A stretch of 64,000 nucleotides of DNA from Blepharisma stoltei ATCC 30299 (Eukaryota; Protista; Ciliophora), in assembly GCA_965603825.1 (NCBI GenBank), contig CBFDEM010000046.1, positions 682,001 to 746,000 on the forward strand, in the 5' to 3' direction. This document shows positions 49,437-62,069 of the stretch, piece by piece; within the stretch, counting starts at the first letter, position 1; each line of letters opens with the position of its first letter. Below the pieces are notes generated by a model that was not told where the DNA came from, did not search any database, and saw only the letters and a list, made by a program, of their open reading frames with translations. The translations under genes and the position numbers were made by a program.

Positions 49437-49826
49437 TTCAGATTATTACTAATAATGCAATTAATGGTTTAATTATTTACTTTTTTAAGAAATGCATTTT
49501 GGAATCTTTCTCTGACATTTTTATCAGAAATTAATTTAAAGGAAAAGCACCTAGAAAATCTGATGGTCAAAAACATCAATTCTTTCTATTTTTTATATAA
49601 GTTGATTTATTTTAATATTTTATTTATTCTTTATGTTAATCTTAATTTATTTTAATCAATATGCTCTCTGAGAGTAATATAGATAAAATTTACGATTAAA
49701 AATTTATTTAAAGTAATAGTAAATAAAACCATACAGTCTCTACCTGCCCATTAAACCACATAATTTATTACCTTTATATCATTAATTAACTTATTATCCG
49801 ATAATTACTAATTTATATTCTCACAA

Positions 49827-51974
49827 TTAAGAAAGATATTTCTGTTCAGGCAAGCTTCCTCTTCTGCTGTGTTGTATTGACTTAAAAAGCCTTTCGTATT
49901 CCTCCATATTTTCATCCTGTGGTGCTTCTATTGACGTCTGTCTCCTATTCGGAAAATTATGTGACATCCAGAAAACTTCATTTTCTTCCAGCTGCACCAA
50001 TATTTTTTCCTTTATACTAACTGACGGCCTAAACATATAAAAAGTCTGATACAAAGGCCCCACAATATTTTTAATAAACCCTATCTGTGTTTTCGCTATT
50101 TCAGTCACTTCTCTATCACAATACATCGAAACCGGTATCCCCAGTGATTTTTCCACATCGCCTTGCTCGAAAAATTCCTGAATCACCAGCGCGCACCATT
50201 TTGCATGTAAGTCCCTCTTTTTGGCAGCATGTCCTACATCAGCTACTTTTATAGTCATTTTAAATAAATCAAGCCGAAAATCAGGGTCGTTCATATCTTG
50301 GACTTCATTTATGGCCAAATATTTTGCTTTAAAATGGCTGACAATTTCAAAGTGTTTTGCTAAGTCTGTGGATAAAATCATTTCGATAATCATTTTTCTT
50401 ACCAAGGACCATCTGTCAGGGTCTATTGATTTTATTATTTCTGAAGCGTTCTCTTTTAGGATTTTGAAAATTATGGAAGCGTGGTGCATCTCGAGGACAC
50501 TGATGTCGTTGAATTGGATAGCTAAATCGTCCATGGTCTGGATTAGAAAACGATTACTTTTAGCTGGGTGGCCGACGTCGTGGCCTATAGAAGTTATAAT
50601 TCCTGCTAGGAGTTCTAAACTATTGATTTCTTCAATAATAAAAGTATTGAAAACTATGTATATATATGAGCACATTACATCAGCGGCATGACAGGAATTG
50701 TGGTAAGGATTTTGATTGCTATAGCGACTTTCTATTACTTCTAAAAAGGTAGTCAAAGTTTTTTCGGATATATTAAAAATGTCTTTTAAGCCATATTTTA
50801 CTATTGCATAGTACCCACAGGTCTGAAGAGGCCGACCTCCAGAACAATCATTAACAAAAAACGTGTTAAAGTTTCATTCTCTACCGATTTGGTTTAAAAC
50901 GCCTTGAAGTTCTGCAACTCCGTATATAGAGTCTAATTTTATTAAAGATTTTTGCCTTGGCGGAAGACTATAAATTGTTCCGCCTCTTTTAGATATAAAA
51001 GTTTGCTCAAAATAAATTTTGTCTTGCTCATCTAAACCTTTTGTAATATTTTCTATATTTGTATAATAAATATTTGTACTTCTTCTAAGCCTCGCTAAAA
51101 TTGATTTTAAGATACTCATAGAAATAACAGCTTGTTCTTTGGCTTTTAAATCTTTAGAATCTTTTATGATGCTCAAAGACTCTATTGAAGAATTTATTGC
51201 ATCTACAATTTCTTCAATGGCTGTATCTGCTTGCTTTTTAGCTCCATGTATAACCCCATCAGTCCTTAAGTCAGATTCAGAAATCGCAAAACTTTGGCTT
51301 TCTTTTGCAACTTCTAAATAATGGACTTTACTATTTTTCTGTTCTTTAAGAGCCAGAATTAGGTACCCAAGCACTATTAATAGACAAAAAAACTGAAAGA
51401 TCGTTAAATTTGTACTTTGGTTTCCCATCATGTTTAAAAACAAAGAAATAAATGCAAGGATACTGCTGATTATAATAAAGCTAGCTTTATTTTTCATTTT
51501 TTCTTGAGCAGCAATCGCCAATACGATAATTGCAGAAAGACTGGGGAGGTAGCCTTTGCAGTCATTTTCTTGCATAATTACTGTAAAAGTGTTAGGATCT
51601 GAGAGAATTATAGTAATTCCTGATACCAAATATATCCAATTTATCAATAATCACTTATCAAGAAGGTCAGATCCATATTTTAATTCTAGGATAAAAGCAA
51701 TAGTAGATAATGCAAGACTAGCAGAAAGAATTATAACACCAAAAATAAATGCGCTTGCATTTATTTCTTGATCACTATAGCTCAGAATTATTGATAAAAT
51801 GCATAAAATTAAAATTGCAGCATAAGACAAATAAAATTTGAAATTGGAGGAATTTGTATTTGGGTTTATATCTGATTGATTCAAAGTAATTTCAAGAGGA
51901 GGTCCAATTTGAGTTAGATCGCTTCCTATTTGATTTTTATGCCCTGCTAAAGCTCCGTTTCCACTAAGTTCCAT
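49827..51974 (-). CDS. Membrane-anchored class I cyclic-nucleotide phosphodiesterase (~715 aa)
   Basis: Three ORFs join via TGA 51651-51653 and 50874-50876 (W-NFN); about six N-terminal TM helices; YHNSCHAADV, HDVGH, LEMHH, EFFEQGD. Confidence 0.9.
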
Positions 51975-52620
51975 AGTCTTGTATTTATATTAAATTAATG
52001 ATAATTGCTATGATCTGTAATAGCAGGATGAAAAAAATTTAATGGCAAAATGCTTGTTAAAATTTATTATATGCTTTTTGCATGCAAAATATGCTAATTT
52101 CTGCGAAGTAGGATGCTAAATAAAAAAAATATAAAAAAATAATTTGAATTTGTGTCAAGCTTATCTTGAACAAATAATATGAATGAAGCTGAAAAAATCA
52201 TTAAATAATATAAAACACCATTTATTTGCCTAAAACCTACTGCGATATTTAATTCTACTTAAAATTTTGTATGAATGATTCTATCGAGTATCCTATAAGT
52301 TTTCATTTATTCACTATTCCATTTTTATAAATTTTGATTATTTTAAAAAGAATTTATTTTTATTGCTCTTCAAAAATTGCTCAGGGATCATAATAAATTG
52401 CAGCAACTAGCAATAAATAAATTATCAAAAATAATCGTTTTTTACTTTTCTGTATTCCTTAAAGATTAATAAATATTTCAAAATTATTTAAACTTAATAT
52501 TAAATAAATGTTCACAATTTCTCTATTTTCTCAAAAATTATTAAAATTCTATTCTTTCTTCCTCTCTTGCCTTATTCCAATTCCATTTTATATCTCGTCT
52601 AAAGGACAAGCCTTATAATA

Positions 52621-53523
52621 ATGGCATCTCAACTATTTATTGAGAGATTCAAAGATAAAGTAAGCACCATAAACAAACTCGGGCAGTTTGAAGTCGACAC
52701 CTCAAAAGCTGTCAATAAGCCTCAATTTCATTCCCAAAAATCAATCATGCAAATTTCTGCATCCAATATAGTAAAAAGCGGAATTCATTCACTATCCCCA
52801 ACAAACGATTATCCCAATTTTGCTCGACCTCTTAAGTTACAAGGCCCTGAAGGACGTTCATTTTATGCGCCTCCAAGTGAAGCTGCAACTGAGCCTCATG
52901 ATTTTCATTCGCTAAACCCTAAAAACAGTTATTATCCTATTCCAGCTGAAAATATCCCACATGGATATTCAGCTCAGCAGTCTCCTAGAGCTTCAGAACC
53001 CCATCAAAAACAGAAAAAAGCCGTTTCAGCTGCTCCTTTAAGAAAAACACAAGAAAACTTACGATCGACTGATTCAGATCAGCTTATTGGCCGACCAAAA
53101 AGAAGGGCTATTGATTTTACGCCATACACATTAAAAGATTATAAGAATATTAGAAATGATAAATACTATGAACTTGGAGGGCTCGGGCCAATTAATATAG
53201 GAACAGAAGAGTGGGAAAAAAAGAAAGAACTTCAAGATAAAAAAAAAGAATACGCCAAACAGGTGATGCAAGCTAATTCTTCACTATTGCCCCCTACAGT
53301 TGTAAAAAAACCTAAGGAAAAAGAGATGAGCTCTAGACAGAGGGCGATTGAATTTGCGAAAAAAATACAAAAACCACCTTTAAAGGTAAAAGCTTTGGGT
53401 CAAGAAATTAAAGAAGAAAATGAAGAGTTTGAGGATAAGACACTTTCGTGGCTCTCAAATTTAGAAAAACAGCATGAAATATATAAAAATAAAGCTCAAG
53501 AAATCAGGACTAAGATGGAGTAA
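52621..53523 (+). CDS. JHY-like (ciliary) domain protein
   Basis: FTPYTLKDYK...ELGGLGP...KKEYAKQV...SSRQRAIEFAKKIQKP resembles the JHY C-terminal domain as recalled. Confidence 0.65.
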   Translation: MASQLFIERFKDKVSTINKLGQFEVDTSKAVNKPQFHSQKSIMQISASNIVKSGIHSLSPTNDYPNFARPLKLQGPEGRSFYAPPSEAATEPHDFHSLNPKNSYYPIPAENIPHGYSAQQSPRASEPHQKQKKAVSAAPLRKTQENLRSTDSDQLIGRPKRRAIDFTPYTLKDYKNIRNDKYYELGGLGPINIGTEEWEKKKELQDKKKEYAKQVMQANSSLLPPTVVKKPKEKEMSSRQRAIEFAKKIQKPPLKVKALGQEIKEENEEFEDKTLSWLSNLEKQHEIYKNKAQEIRTKME

Positions 53524-53616
53524 TATATGGTATTTTGACATAATTTAGTAAATAAATAGGAAATTTTTAGAAAATATATGGACTTATAATAATAAATATG
53601 GAATAGCTTATGGAAA

Positions 53617-53678
53617 TTGAGTGATGATTACTCAGCCGCCCCAGTCTTACTACTGATGAGAGGCTCTATCTGACTTCA
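53617..53678 (+). ncRNA. SNORD31: Box C/D snoRNA, SNORD31/snR67-like (guide for LSU rRNA P-loop Gm)
   Basis: Box C GTGATGA 53621-53627; guide GCCGCCCCAGT 53635-53645; D' CTTA 53646-53649; C' TGATGA 53654-53659; D CTGA 53670-53673; short TGA/TCA terminal stem. Guide is antisense to the conserved LSU CUGGGGCGG. Confidence 0.85.
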
Positions 53679-53816
53679 TTATATTTGCTTTCCTTATCAA
53701 TTTTGAATCATTACAGTGAAATTATAATTAGCTTAGAAAATCTTAATCAATCTACCATGAATTATTATAAGCTAAACAATAGTAAATTTAATATCAAGCT
53801 AAGAGATTGTCTTATT

Positions 53817-54674
53817 TTAAAGATTTTCATTATACCTTTCTTTCCACTCAGCCCACGATCCATCATAAAGTGAAGCTTTCTTTCCTAATTCTTCCAATGC
53901 AAACAAATTCACACAAGCTGCCAGTCCTTGATGGCACATGCTAATCACTGCTTTTTCTTCATCTACCCTAATCCCAGCACCTTCATATAAATTTCTCAAT
54001 TCTTCTTGAGTCTTCAATGTTGCATCTGCATTCATAAGATTTTTCCAAGGCACATTTTTCGCTCCTTTTATATGGTTAATTTTCAGTTTTGGGTCTTCTT
54101 TATTGAAAATCGCCGTCATTCTTGCGTCTAAAATCACACTATCAGCTGCTTTAGAGGCTGCCATAGCTTCTTCAAAAGCCTTTACTCTTGAAGCGTCTTT
54201 TGAATATCGGTAGTCATTGTCATTTTCTATTGAAGGGTCTTTATATAATTCATATTCGCCTGATTCAGTAGGATAGCTTTGGCTTAGCCAATAAGGAAGT
54301 CCTCCATCAAGGACTTTTACGTTTTGTTTACCGAATGATTTTAACACAAACCATGCACGTGTAGCTGAAAACACCCCAAGCTTGTCATAACAGACCACAA
54401 GGGTGTCATCGTTTTTAATACCTAGTTTTTTCATATGAGAAATAAACTGTTGATTATTTGGCATCATTAGAGGATAAGGAGATGATCTGTCTGATATTTC
54501 AAGAAGATCGAGGAATTTTGAGCTGGTAATACGGGTTTTGTAGTGGTTAGAAAGAGGGGTGCCGTCTTTTTCAGGAATCGCATAGGTGCTGTCTAGGATA
54601 TGAATTTTTGATTTTTTTTGAATTAAGGAGTTAAGGTCCTGGGCTTTGATTAACGAAGAAAATCTTCTGTACAT
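53817..54674 (-). CDS. Tandem-domain rhodanese / mercaptopyruvate sulfurtransferase family, probably mitochondrial
   Basis: VVCYD, ATRAWF, VLDGGLPYW, LDAR, HIKGA, LYDGSWAEW; presequence-like MYRRFSSL. Confidence 0.9.
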   Translation of the reverse strand: MYRRFSSLIKAQDLNSLIQKKSKIHILDSTYAIPEKDGTPLSNHYKTRITSSKFLDLLEISDRSSPYPLMMPNNQQFISHMKKLGIKNDDTLVVCYDKLGVFSATRAWFVLKSFGKQNVKVLDGGLPYWLSQSYPTESGEYELYKDPSIENDNDYRYSKDASRVKAFEEAMAASKAADSVILDARMTAIFNKEDPKLKINHIKGAKNVPWKNLMNADATLKTQEELRNLYEGAGIRVDEEKAVISMCHQGLAACVNLFALEELGKKASLYDGSWAEWKERYNENL

Positions 54675-55128
54675 ATTTTTACTGATTTTTAAGAAATTAA
54701 ATTCGGGGAAAAATAGCTGAAAAATTTTTCAGTTGTGGTAGAAATTGGCAATTTATAACGATTTTTGGGTGTTTTTAATTCAGTTTGAGATTTTTGAAGT
54801 TTTTGCCTTGATGATGTTGATTTAAATGAAGGAATTTAATTTCCAATGCAAAATGGTATACATTTCTAAGAAAGCCTATTTAAAAGATGAAACCTATCAA
54901 TAGATTTAGCTATAATTAGGCTTTCATTAGCATAAGTGTAATGTTAAACGCAACCAAAACCACGCATATATAATAATTAACGCATTTTTACTGATATAGA
55001 TAGTCTAAATATTGGAGCATAAGAACACCACATTTCTGTTATCACCACTACTAACCTATTTCATGGTTTTTATTATTTAATCTAAATTTTGAAACTCATA
55101 AAAGGAATATTCTGATACTATAATTATA

Positions 55129-56529
55129 ATGAAAGAAGCTAAATTTTGGCACAAAAATACATTAGCAATTCCTCTTGCTCTATACATTCTTTCCGCAACC
55201 TTCATGATAATCTCAGTCCTGCTTCCCAATTGATCAACCTTAGAGCTAGGCGCTGAAACTTACGAAATGAGCCTATGAAAATGCAAAGGGTGCCCAAAGC
55301 TCCACAAGTCATGAAGCTGAAAATGTTTTTCTGACTATAGGTGCAATTCTAACATAGATGACGGAAATTGTATGACCTATAGCGCTGGACATGGAGCTGC
55401 CGTGACTTATTTTTCATTAGAAGCTTTAGCCTTCATTTCCAGTCTTATGCTGATTGAAAAATTATCTATAAGACTAGTTGATAAAGACTTCGGATCTTAC
55501 ATTTTTGTTCATTTATTAGGATTATTTGCAGCTTCTGGACAAATAATTGCAGCAATTGCATGGTTTAGCTTAAATAAAGCTGTATTTCACTCAAGTGGAG
55601 ATTCCTCGTGAACCAACCCGATTTTGGTGGCTAGAAATGGACCTAAGTTTGCAATTGCAAATTCTATCTTATGCACGATAGCATATTTTAGCTTATTTGT
55701 AGTCATATGCAAACAAAAAAGGGGAATAATTATAAAAAACTTGATAAATTTAGATGCAAAGGTATTGAAAGTCAATTTCAGCTGGTGAATGAAAATTGTG
55801 GGCCTTTTCTTTTCTGCAGCTTTAGCAGCTATTATATTTGGCTTAGGATACGGAAAATGGGTCCTCCGTATTTCTTCTGATAGCTCCTGGGAAGGAGGAC
55901 TTACATCATGCATAAATTGTGAAGAGAACGGAACTAATACCAACTATGACTGCTTATCAGCAGTTTATTGCTATGATAATAAACACTCGTCAACCTGTGC
56001 TTTATACAAAGACTTGCATCATGCTGGCATATATTATGAAGTCTTAGAAGGGTCAGCGTTAATAAGTTTCATATTATTTTTCCAAACTTATTTATCAATA
56101 CTTAATAAGAAAGATTATGGAATTCCTGCATTGAATTATGTAATTTTTATTTAGCTGTACGCAATTTTAGTCGTTTTACTAAACTTTGCTGCATCGGTCT
56201 CATGGTTTGAAATCAGCAATGCTCGATTTACGACTAAGTGCCGAAGCCAAGCAGGACTTGACAAAAAGCCTAAAATGTGCTCAACTTTTGGACCTTACAC
56301 TTTGATAGTCTCAAATATTTTCCTAGTTCCTATGGGGATTATATTTTGCATTGCATATTGGAAAAGAGAGATCCTTGGAAAATATACAGGAAAAATTAGT
56401 GATGACCATGAAATACCAAAAATTGATATTTCTTTTAATTCACATCGAAACTCGAATTCTGAAAATGAGCCTTTAGATTCAATTCCCCAAGAAAGAGATG
56501 AGGTAAAAATAAGAAATTCAATTAGCTAA
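55129..56529 (+). CDS. Membrane protein with two tandem claudin-like four-TM modules (~461 aa)
   Basis: Single frame through six TGA and 15-nt intron 56140-56154; module 1 LLPNW...MSLWKCKGC...C...C...C, module 2 YGKW...GGLTSCINC...C...C...C. Confidence 0.75.
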
Positions 56530-57757
56530 ATTTTATATATTAAGTATTATATAGAAATCGCTATTAAATGATAGGGTATAAGGTAGCTTTTGGCAGGGAT
56601 GCTAAATAAAATCATAAAAGGAGAAAAATTCTTTGAAAAATACACTTTTTAACTCAAAATAATTTTGGGAAGTAAATTATTGTAAAAAATAGCAAAAGCA
56701 TAAAGTCTTTATTTGAAATCAAGAGACAAATTAAAATTTTTATTCAAGATTGGGTTTTATTAAATCTATTGGCTAGATTGCTATTTTTCATGTATTATAA
56801 GCAATTTTTTATCGCTTTTGAAGCCGATTTATCTTAGTTGCTATTTATAATTATTCGAAATAGCAGGAATTTTTTGGCTCTTTGGATTAAATTTTATTAG
56901 TGCTATATAAAACGCATACAATTCTTTTTGCTTAAATATATAAATATTTATCTTGCAAAAAAATGCCAAACTTACTTCCATTTTAATGGACTCATTAGCC
57001 AATTCTAAGAAAATAAGAATAATTCTCTGCTAAATATTAAAGATGCTGAGTTTATTTATTAAAAACAAATTTTATCTAAAATTTCTTTGGTCTGAAATGT
57101 TAACAATTTTTAATTTTTTAAAAATTTTTATTAAAAAATTTTTTAGAACTTTAGCAATTTTAAGCAAGGCTAATAAAGATGAGAATATAAATCTTCTGGA
57201 TTTACTATAAAGATTTTTGTGGTATTTCTAATTTCCATTATTTTTGGTTATCATCATGATTTAAAATGTCCTATTTTTATTAATAAAAATGTCGTAGAAA
57301 ATTTAAATTATCAAAATCTAATTTGCCTATAAAATGCCTCAAAAGTATGAAAATAACTCAAAATTTTATTATAATTTGTTTACAATCTCATTAAGTGAGA
57401 GAAATAAACGAAAAAATTTTTTTCCTAAAATTCATCTTCATGAAAACCTAACAATTATCATAATTCTAAAGTTCTAACTAAGGTAAAACACAAGATCTAA
57501 TGCAGCAAAACTTAAAAAATAAAATCTTTATATCTTTGTCATTTTGCAAGCAATTAAATAATTTTTACAAAAAACACGGTTTTCTTTGAAAGCGAAGAGA
57601 TTTCTTAGTTAATTTCCATTTATTGAATTTTTATCTAAATATCTAATTGAAAACTCATGATAATTTAAACAAAGCTGGATTTATAGCGCTTTAGCAGCTG
57701 TAGCCTACAGAAAAAAAAATGCCTTTAAAAACCAAAATGTGTAGTTAACATTTCAAA

Positions 57758-58177
57758 TTAAGGGTTGTTATTAAGTAATGAATGTAATATTGGAATTCTT
57801 GTTTGTACCCACTCAGATTGACGGTTTTTATCCACTGGCGGAAGCACAGGCATAGGACCACTTGGGACTTTGATATTAGGGTTGCTTTTAAATAACTCTT
57901 CATGAATAAATAAAAGTTCAAATGGAGTTGCAATACCTTTATTCTCTGTATTTTTTAATTGAGGTTTAGTCCTCTCTTGTTTGCACAGTCTCTTTGACTT
58001 ATTGTGCAAAAGTTCATGCTCGTTGAGGTTTTGCTTACAAGCAAAAGTTTTAGAGCATATAGAACACACAAAATTGCGAATTTTTAAATGAATTGCGTTA
58101 ATATGTCTTCTCAAATTGTATTTTGTCTTATAGGCTTTGGTACAGTTGAGGTAGTAGCATTTGTATTGGTTTTCCAT
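57758..58177 (-). CDS. Small C2H2 zinc-finger protein (two fingers)
   Basis: YKCYYLNCTKAYKTKYNLRRHINAIH and FVCSICSKTFACKQNLNEHELLH. Confidence 0.88.
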   Translation of the reverse strand: MENQYKCYYLNCTKAYKTKYNLRRHINAIHLKIRNFVCSICSKTFACKQNLNEHELLHNKSKRLCKQERTKPQLKNTENKGIATPFELLFIHEELFKSNPNIKVPSGPMPVLPPVDKNRQSEWVQTRIPILHSLLNNNP

Positions 58178-59527
58178 TAAATCACAGTAATTTATATTAA
58201 AATTAAGAATTCAGATTAAATGGATGAATAAATTAGAGAGTGGATAAGACTAGCAAGCATCAAATCAAATTTAAATGTTAATAAATGTCCACTGATCCCA
58301 CTTACAATTTAAAAAAACATGGAACAATATAATATGACTAGTGACTCATACTTATAATAATTTCAGAGACAAAGATTTTGATAAGCTTTATTTGATTGTA
58401 TTTAGGAGGAATTAAACAGAACTTAAGTTGCTTGACATCTGCTGAATGTTTAATTATTAAGGCATTTTCTATCGAAAGTAAAATGTCATTATTTGTCTTC
58501 TTAATGTATAAGTAATTCAATTCGATTAATTATTTGAATCATTTGTATTTAGAAAATCCAAAATATCATTAAATTTGCTTATGAACCATTCTAAATTATG
58601 CGGAATTTTAATGCCTAATCATGACATCAATTAATTTTCATGCAATTGTCAAAACCCAGATAAGATCATGAAAACTACTATAGGCTTACTTCTCCTACTA
58701 GAGATTAAAAGATATTAACTAAGCTATTGCTGCAAGCTTGGAAAATTTAACAAAAAGTTCAAATTAAAATCGAACTTATAGTATGGCTATGCACAAGACT
58801 GCTAAAGAAGTATGCATTTTAGGCTCAAAATAGCCAAAAATTGGAATTTCGCAGGCCCAGAGGCTCAGGAGCATCATCATTCTAAAAAAGGGTAACCGAA
58901 AAAAAAAACCACAAAAACTCACATAATCAAAAGGGACAATTTTACCAGCTCTTTTGATTATTTAGCTTAGAAAATTTAATTTTTTTTTCTCTTTGATAAT
59001 TGTAAAGCTCTAGAAATTGGACAAACTAGACAAATTAATCAAATTAGAAGCTTATACTAAGCGATAAATTTAGCCTTTTTAATAGATGAAAAGCTGTATG
59101 AGATATAATTTATAAATTCAATTGAATAAATCAAACAAAAGAACTATAAATGCAAAAAAACTATAGATTTTTAGATATTTTAGATCAGCGAATTAAATAA
59201 GAGTTATCAAAGAATTTCGCAAAGTTAATTTAATTTTGAAGATAAGCCAGAAAATTTCAAAGTAATCGAGCTAAAGCTGAATTTTATTGCCAAACTTTAT
59301 AAGAATTAAATTCGATGTTTCATGTCTTTTTCAAAAATATCTAAGTTTATTAGCAAATTAAATAGGTCATCTCAATTATTTATAATAAGCATTATTTGGA
59401 GCTCATTTATGTTGTTTTTCTTATTATTATTCTCCTAATATTAAGAATTATCCTTTTTCGTGCATAAATTCAGCTTCTATGAATTTCACTTAAAAAGCCT
59501 TCCTTCTTTTTCAAAATGAATAAATAA

Positions 59528-61114
59528 ATGCAATTGTCTAAGACTTATGAGCTAAATCCCAGAGGCGAAAAATCATTTCCCTCTCTAAAGCGATCTTCAA
59601 GCAACCCAAAGCAGCGCCCTGATATTGACTTAATTGCTCCTCCAGTAAACAAAGAATACCGTGAGCTTGAGCTAATGATGCAAAACAAGAATCGAGAAAT
59701 CGCAAAGCTCGAAAATATGAACAAGCAGCTTGTCATGGGCCAACAAAAGCGAGACGAAATTATCGCTTCTGCACTAGAAGAAAATCGAAAATTAAAAGAA
59801 AACATCAGATGATATCAACGTCTGTTAAATCAAACCAAGAAACAAATGAAAGCAGCCGAGATTTCTATGCCTTCAAAATCCAAACAGAATTATCAAGATT
59901 ACCAACCAAAGCAAGAAAAGCGCTCAGAGAGGAAAAACACTCACAATTTAATTCAGCAGACCACAAATTATATGGAAAGCGAAGATAATATTGCAAAAAG
60001 GAAAATCATTGATAATTTATTAGATGATTATGATACTTTTTCAGAAAAATTAAATGCGATGGATAATTCAACTAGAAATGAAATTTTTGCTTATATAAAA
60101 GACCAAAAAAAAGAATACGAAAAATTGCTAGGATTGACTATGAGATTGAAAAAGCTCATATCTGGGTCTCATCAAGTTTCAATTTCTTTAGTTTTAGATG
60201 AAGCAATAGAGACATTGGTACATGAAACCTGCGAAAATTTAATTTGTGATAGAGCTAGTGTGTTTTTAGTTGACGAACTTAATGGAGAATTATGAACAAA
60301 AGCTGCAAAAGGGACTAATAAAACTATTAGAATTCCAATGGATAAAGGAATAGTGGGATACGTAGCTATGAGCGGAAACAAGCTAAATATTGAAGACGCT
60401 TATAAAGACAGCAGATTTAATAAAGCAGTCGACATACAAACCTCGTATCGCACAAAGACTATCCTTGCAATTCCTATTAAGGATCCTTCAGGGAATATTA
60501 TAGGTGTAGCAGAAGCTATAAATAAAGTTGACGGGATTTTTACACCAGATGACGAAGCTCTTTTTGAGCTCCTCTCAGCTCAGGCAGGAATTATGCTAAG
60601 AAACTCTATGAGAAATGAAATTTCTATGCTAATGCTCCACAAAATGCGGTTGGTATTAGAAACTTGTATATTAATAACTGAGGCAAATGAAATTGTAAAA
60701 GTCATGGAAATTTCTGAAGAAAGGTCAAAGGACCTTATGGGCACCGATGTCTCCAAAATATACATGGTAAAAGATGGGAATTTGATTAGATATGCAAATG
60801 GGGAAGAAGAAAAATTTAGCTGTAATATCGGGCTTGTAGGAAAATGCGCAAAAGAAAAAGTCATATTAAATATCCCTGATGCATATAATGATCCAAGCTA
60901 TAATGGAATTGTAGATATTGATTCAACGCTGCCTGTGCTTTGCTTTCCTATATTAAATCATGAAGGAGACGCTATAGCAGTTTTAGAAATTTTAAATAAT
61001 AGAGGGGTTTATGGCAGAGCTTCATCAAATAGAGCAAAGCTTAATCAAGTGGACAATGAGATTTTCCAGTATTTTGAGAAGATTTTAGCTTTAAATTTAA
61101 ATCGATTCTCTTAA
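59528..61114 (+). CDS. Coiled-coil plus tandem GAF-domain protein without catalytic domain (~528 aa)
   Basis: TGA 59810-59812 and 60293-60295 (GEL-W-TK); CDRASVFLVD, GIVGYVA, DAYKDSRFN, AINKVDGIFTPDDE; second GAF GLVGKCA...DAYNDPSYN. Confidence 0.88.
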
Positions 61115-61971
61115 TTACTAGTATCTATATTTGCTCTTCTACGGACAGAAATGCCTGGTGTTCCTGATTTTGATGTTTGGAGGATCCTACTGATTGATGT
61201 ACTTTCACTCATAGTCCAACTTGATGGGCTATTAAGTCTTCCTTTTGCTATCACTTTTTCATGCCCTTGGACTCTTTCAAGTTCTTTTTTATTGTTTTGT
61301 GCATGTCTTATAACTCTTTCCATCTCCATCCCTCTTCTTCTTTTAAGCTCCTCATAGTTCCTTTTAAGCCTATTTTTCAGCATTTCGTATTCAACTTTTT
61401 GCTGCTTTGCTATTTTTTCCATGAATTTTTCGATTTTTATTTTTCTCTCAGCTTCGGCTTTTTCTATTTCTTCTTCCTCGAGTTTTTTGATTTCTTGTGT
61501 CAGGTCATGCGCCAATTTATATTGTTCTTGCTTAATCGCGATTTCTTTGGCTTTCATTAAATTCAATTTTTTTGAGCACGGCTTATGTATTATTTTTATT
61601 TTTTCTTCTGCTTCTTTTTGCTTTTCTTCTAGCTCTGCGCTGTGCGTTTTTTCAAGCTCAATTAATTGAAGCTTGCATTCTTGTTTGTACTTATCGAATT
61701 CTTCTTCCCACAAGCTATTAAATTCTTGAAATTCCTCTAAATGGCCAAATTCTACCTGCTCGACTTCTTTTTTTTGCTTCTGCAGGAGTTCTTTTTCTCT
61801 TAATTTTTGTTCCTGGATCTTCAATTTTTGGATTTGCTCGACAGCTTTTTCAGCCTCCAAAAAATTCCCAGCAGCTACACTTTGCTCTTTATAAGCTTGT
61901 AGAGTGGCAATCATTTGTGTAGGATTGTCAGTAGTAATGTCATCTCTGAGGGTTAGACTGTTGGTTTGCAT
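61111..61971 (-). CDS. Hypothetical coiled-coil protein (~286 aa)
   Basis: E/K/Q-rich ORF; UVR-like GNFLEAEKA and EQYKLAHDL; ATG 61971 preferred. Confidence 0.75.
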   Translation of the reverse strand: MQTNSLTLRDDITTDNPTQMIATLQAYKEQSVAAGNFLEAEKAVEQIQKLKIQEQKLREKELLQKQKKEVEQVEFGHLEEFQEFNSLWEEEFDKYKQECKLQLIELEKTHSAELEEKQKEAEEKIKIIHKPCSKKLNLMKAKEIAIKQEQYKLAHDLTQEIKKLEEEEIEKAEAERKIKIEKFMEKIAKQQKVEYEMLKNRLKRNYEELKRRRGMEMERVIRHAQNNKKELERVQGHEKVIAKGRLNSPSSWTMSESTSISRILQTSKSGTPGISVRRRANIDTSN

Positions 61972-62069
61972 TTTTAATAATTTAAAATGTGAATAATGCA
62001 TACAGAATATATACGCCGTATTAGTTATCATTAAATACATATTTTTTATTTGTTAGTGTTTTTAGTGTA

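Noticed and set aside
56530-59527. Unusually long spacers around the C2H2 gene, incl. ORF 58338-58520 and a minus-strand ATGATGA near 58874-58880
   Set aside because: Low-complexity A/T runs, no recognisable domain, no D box at a plausible distance; cannot support a feature.
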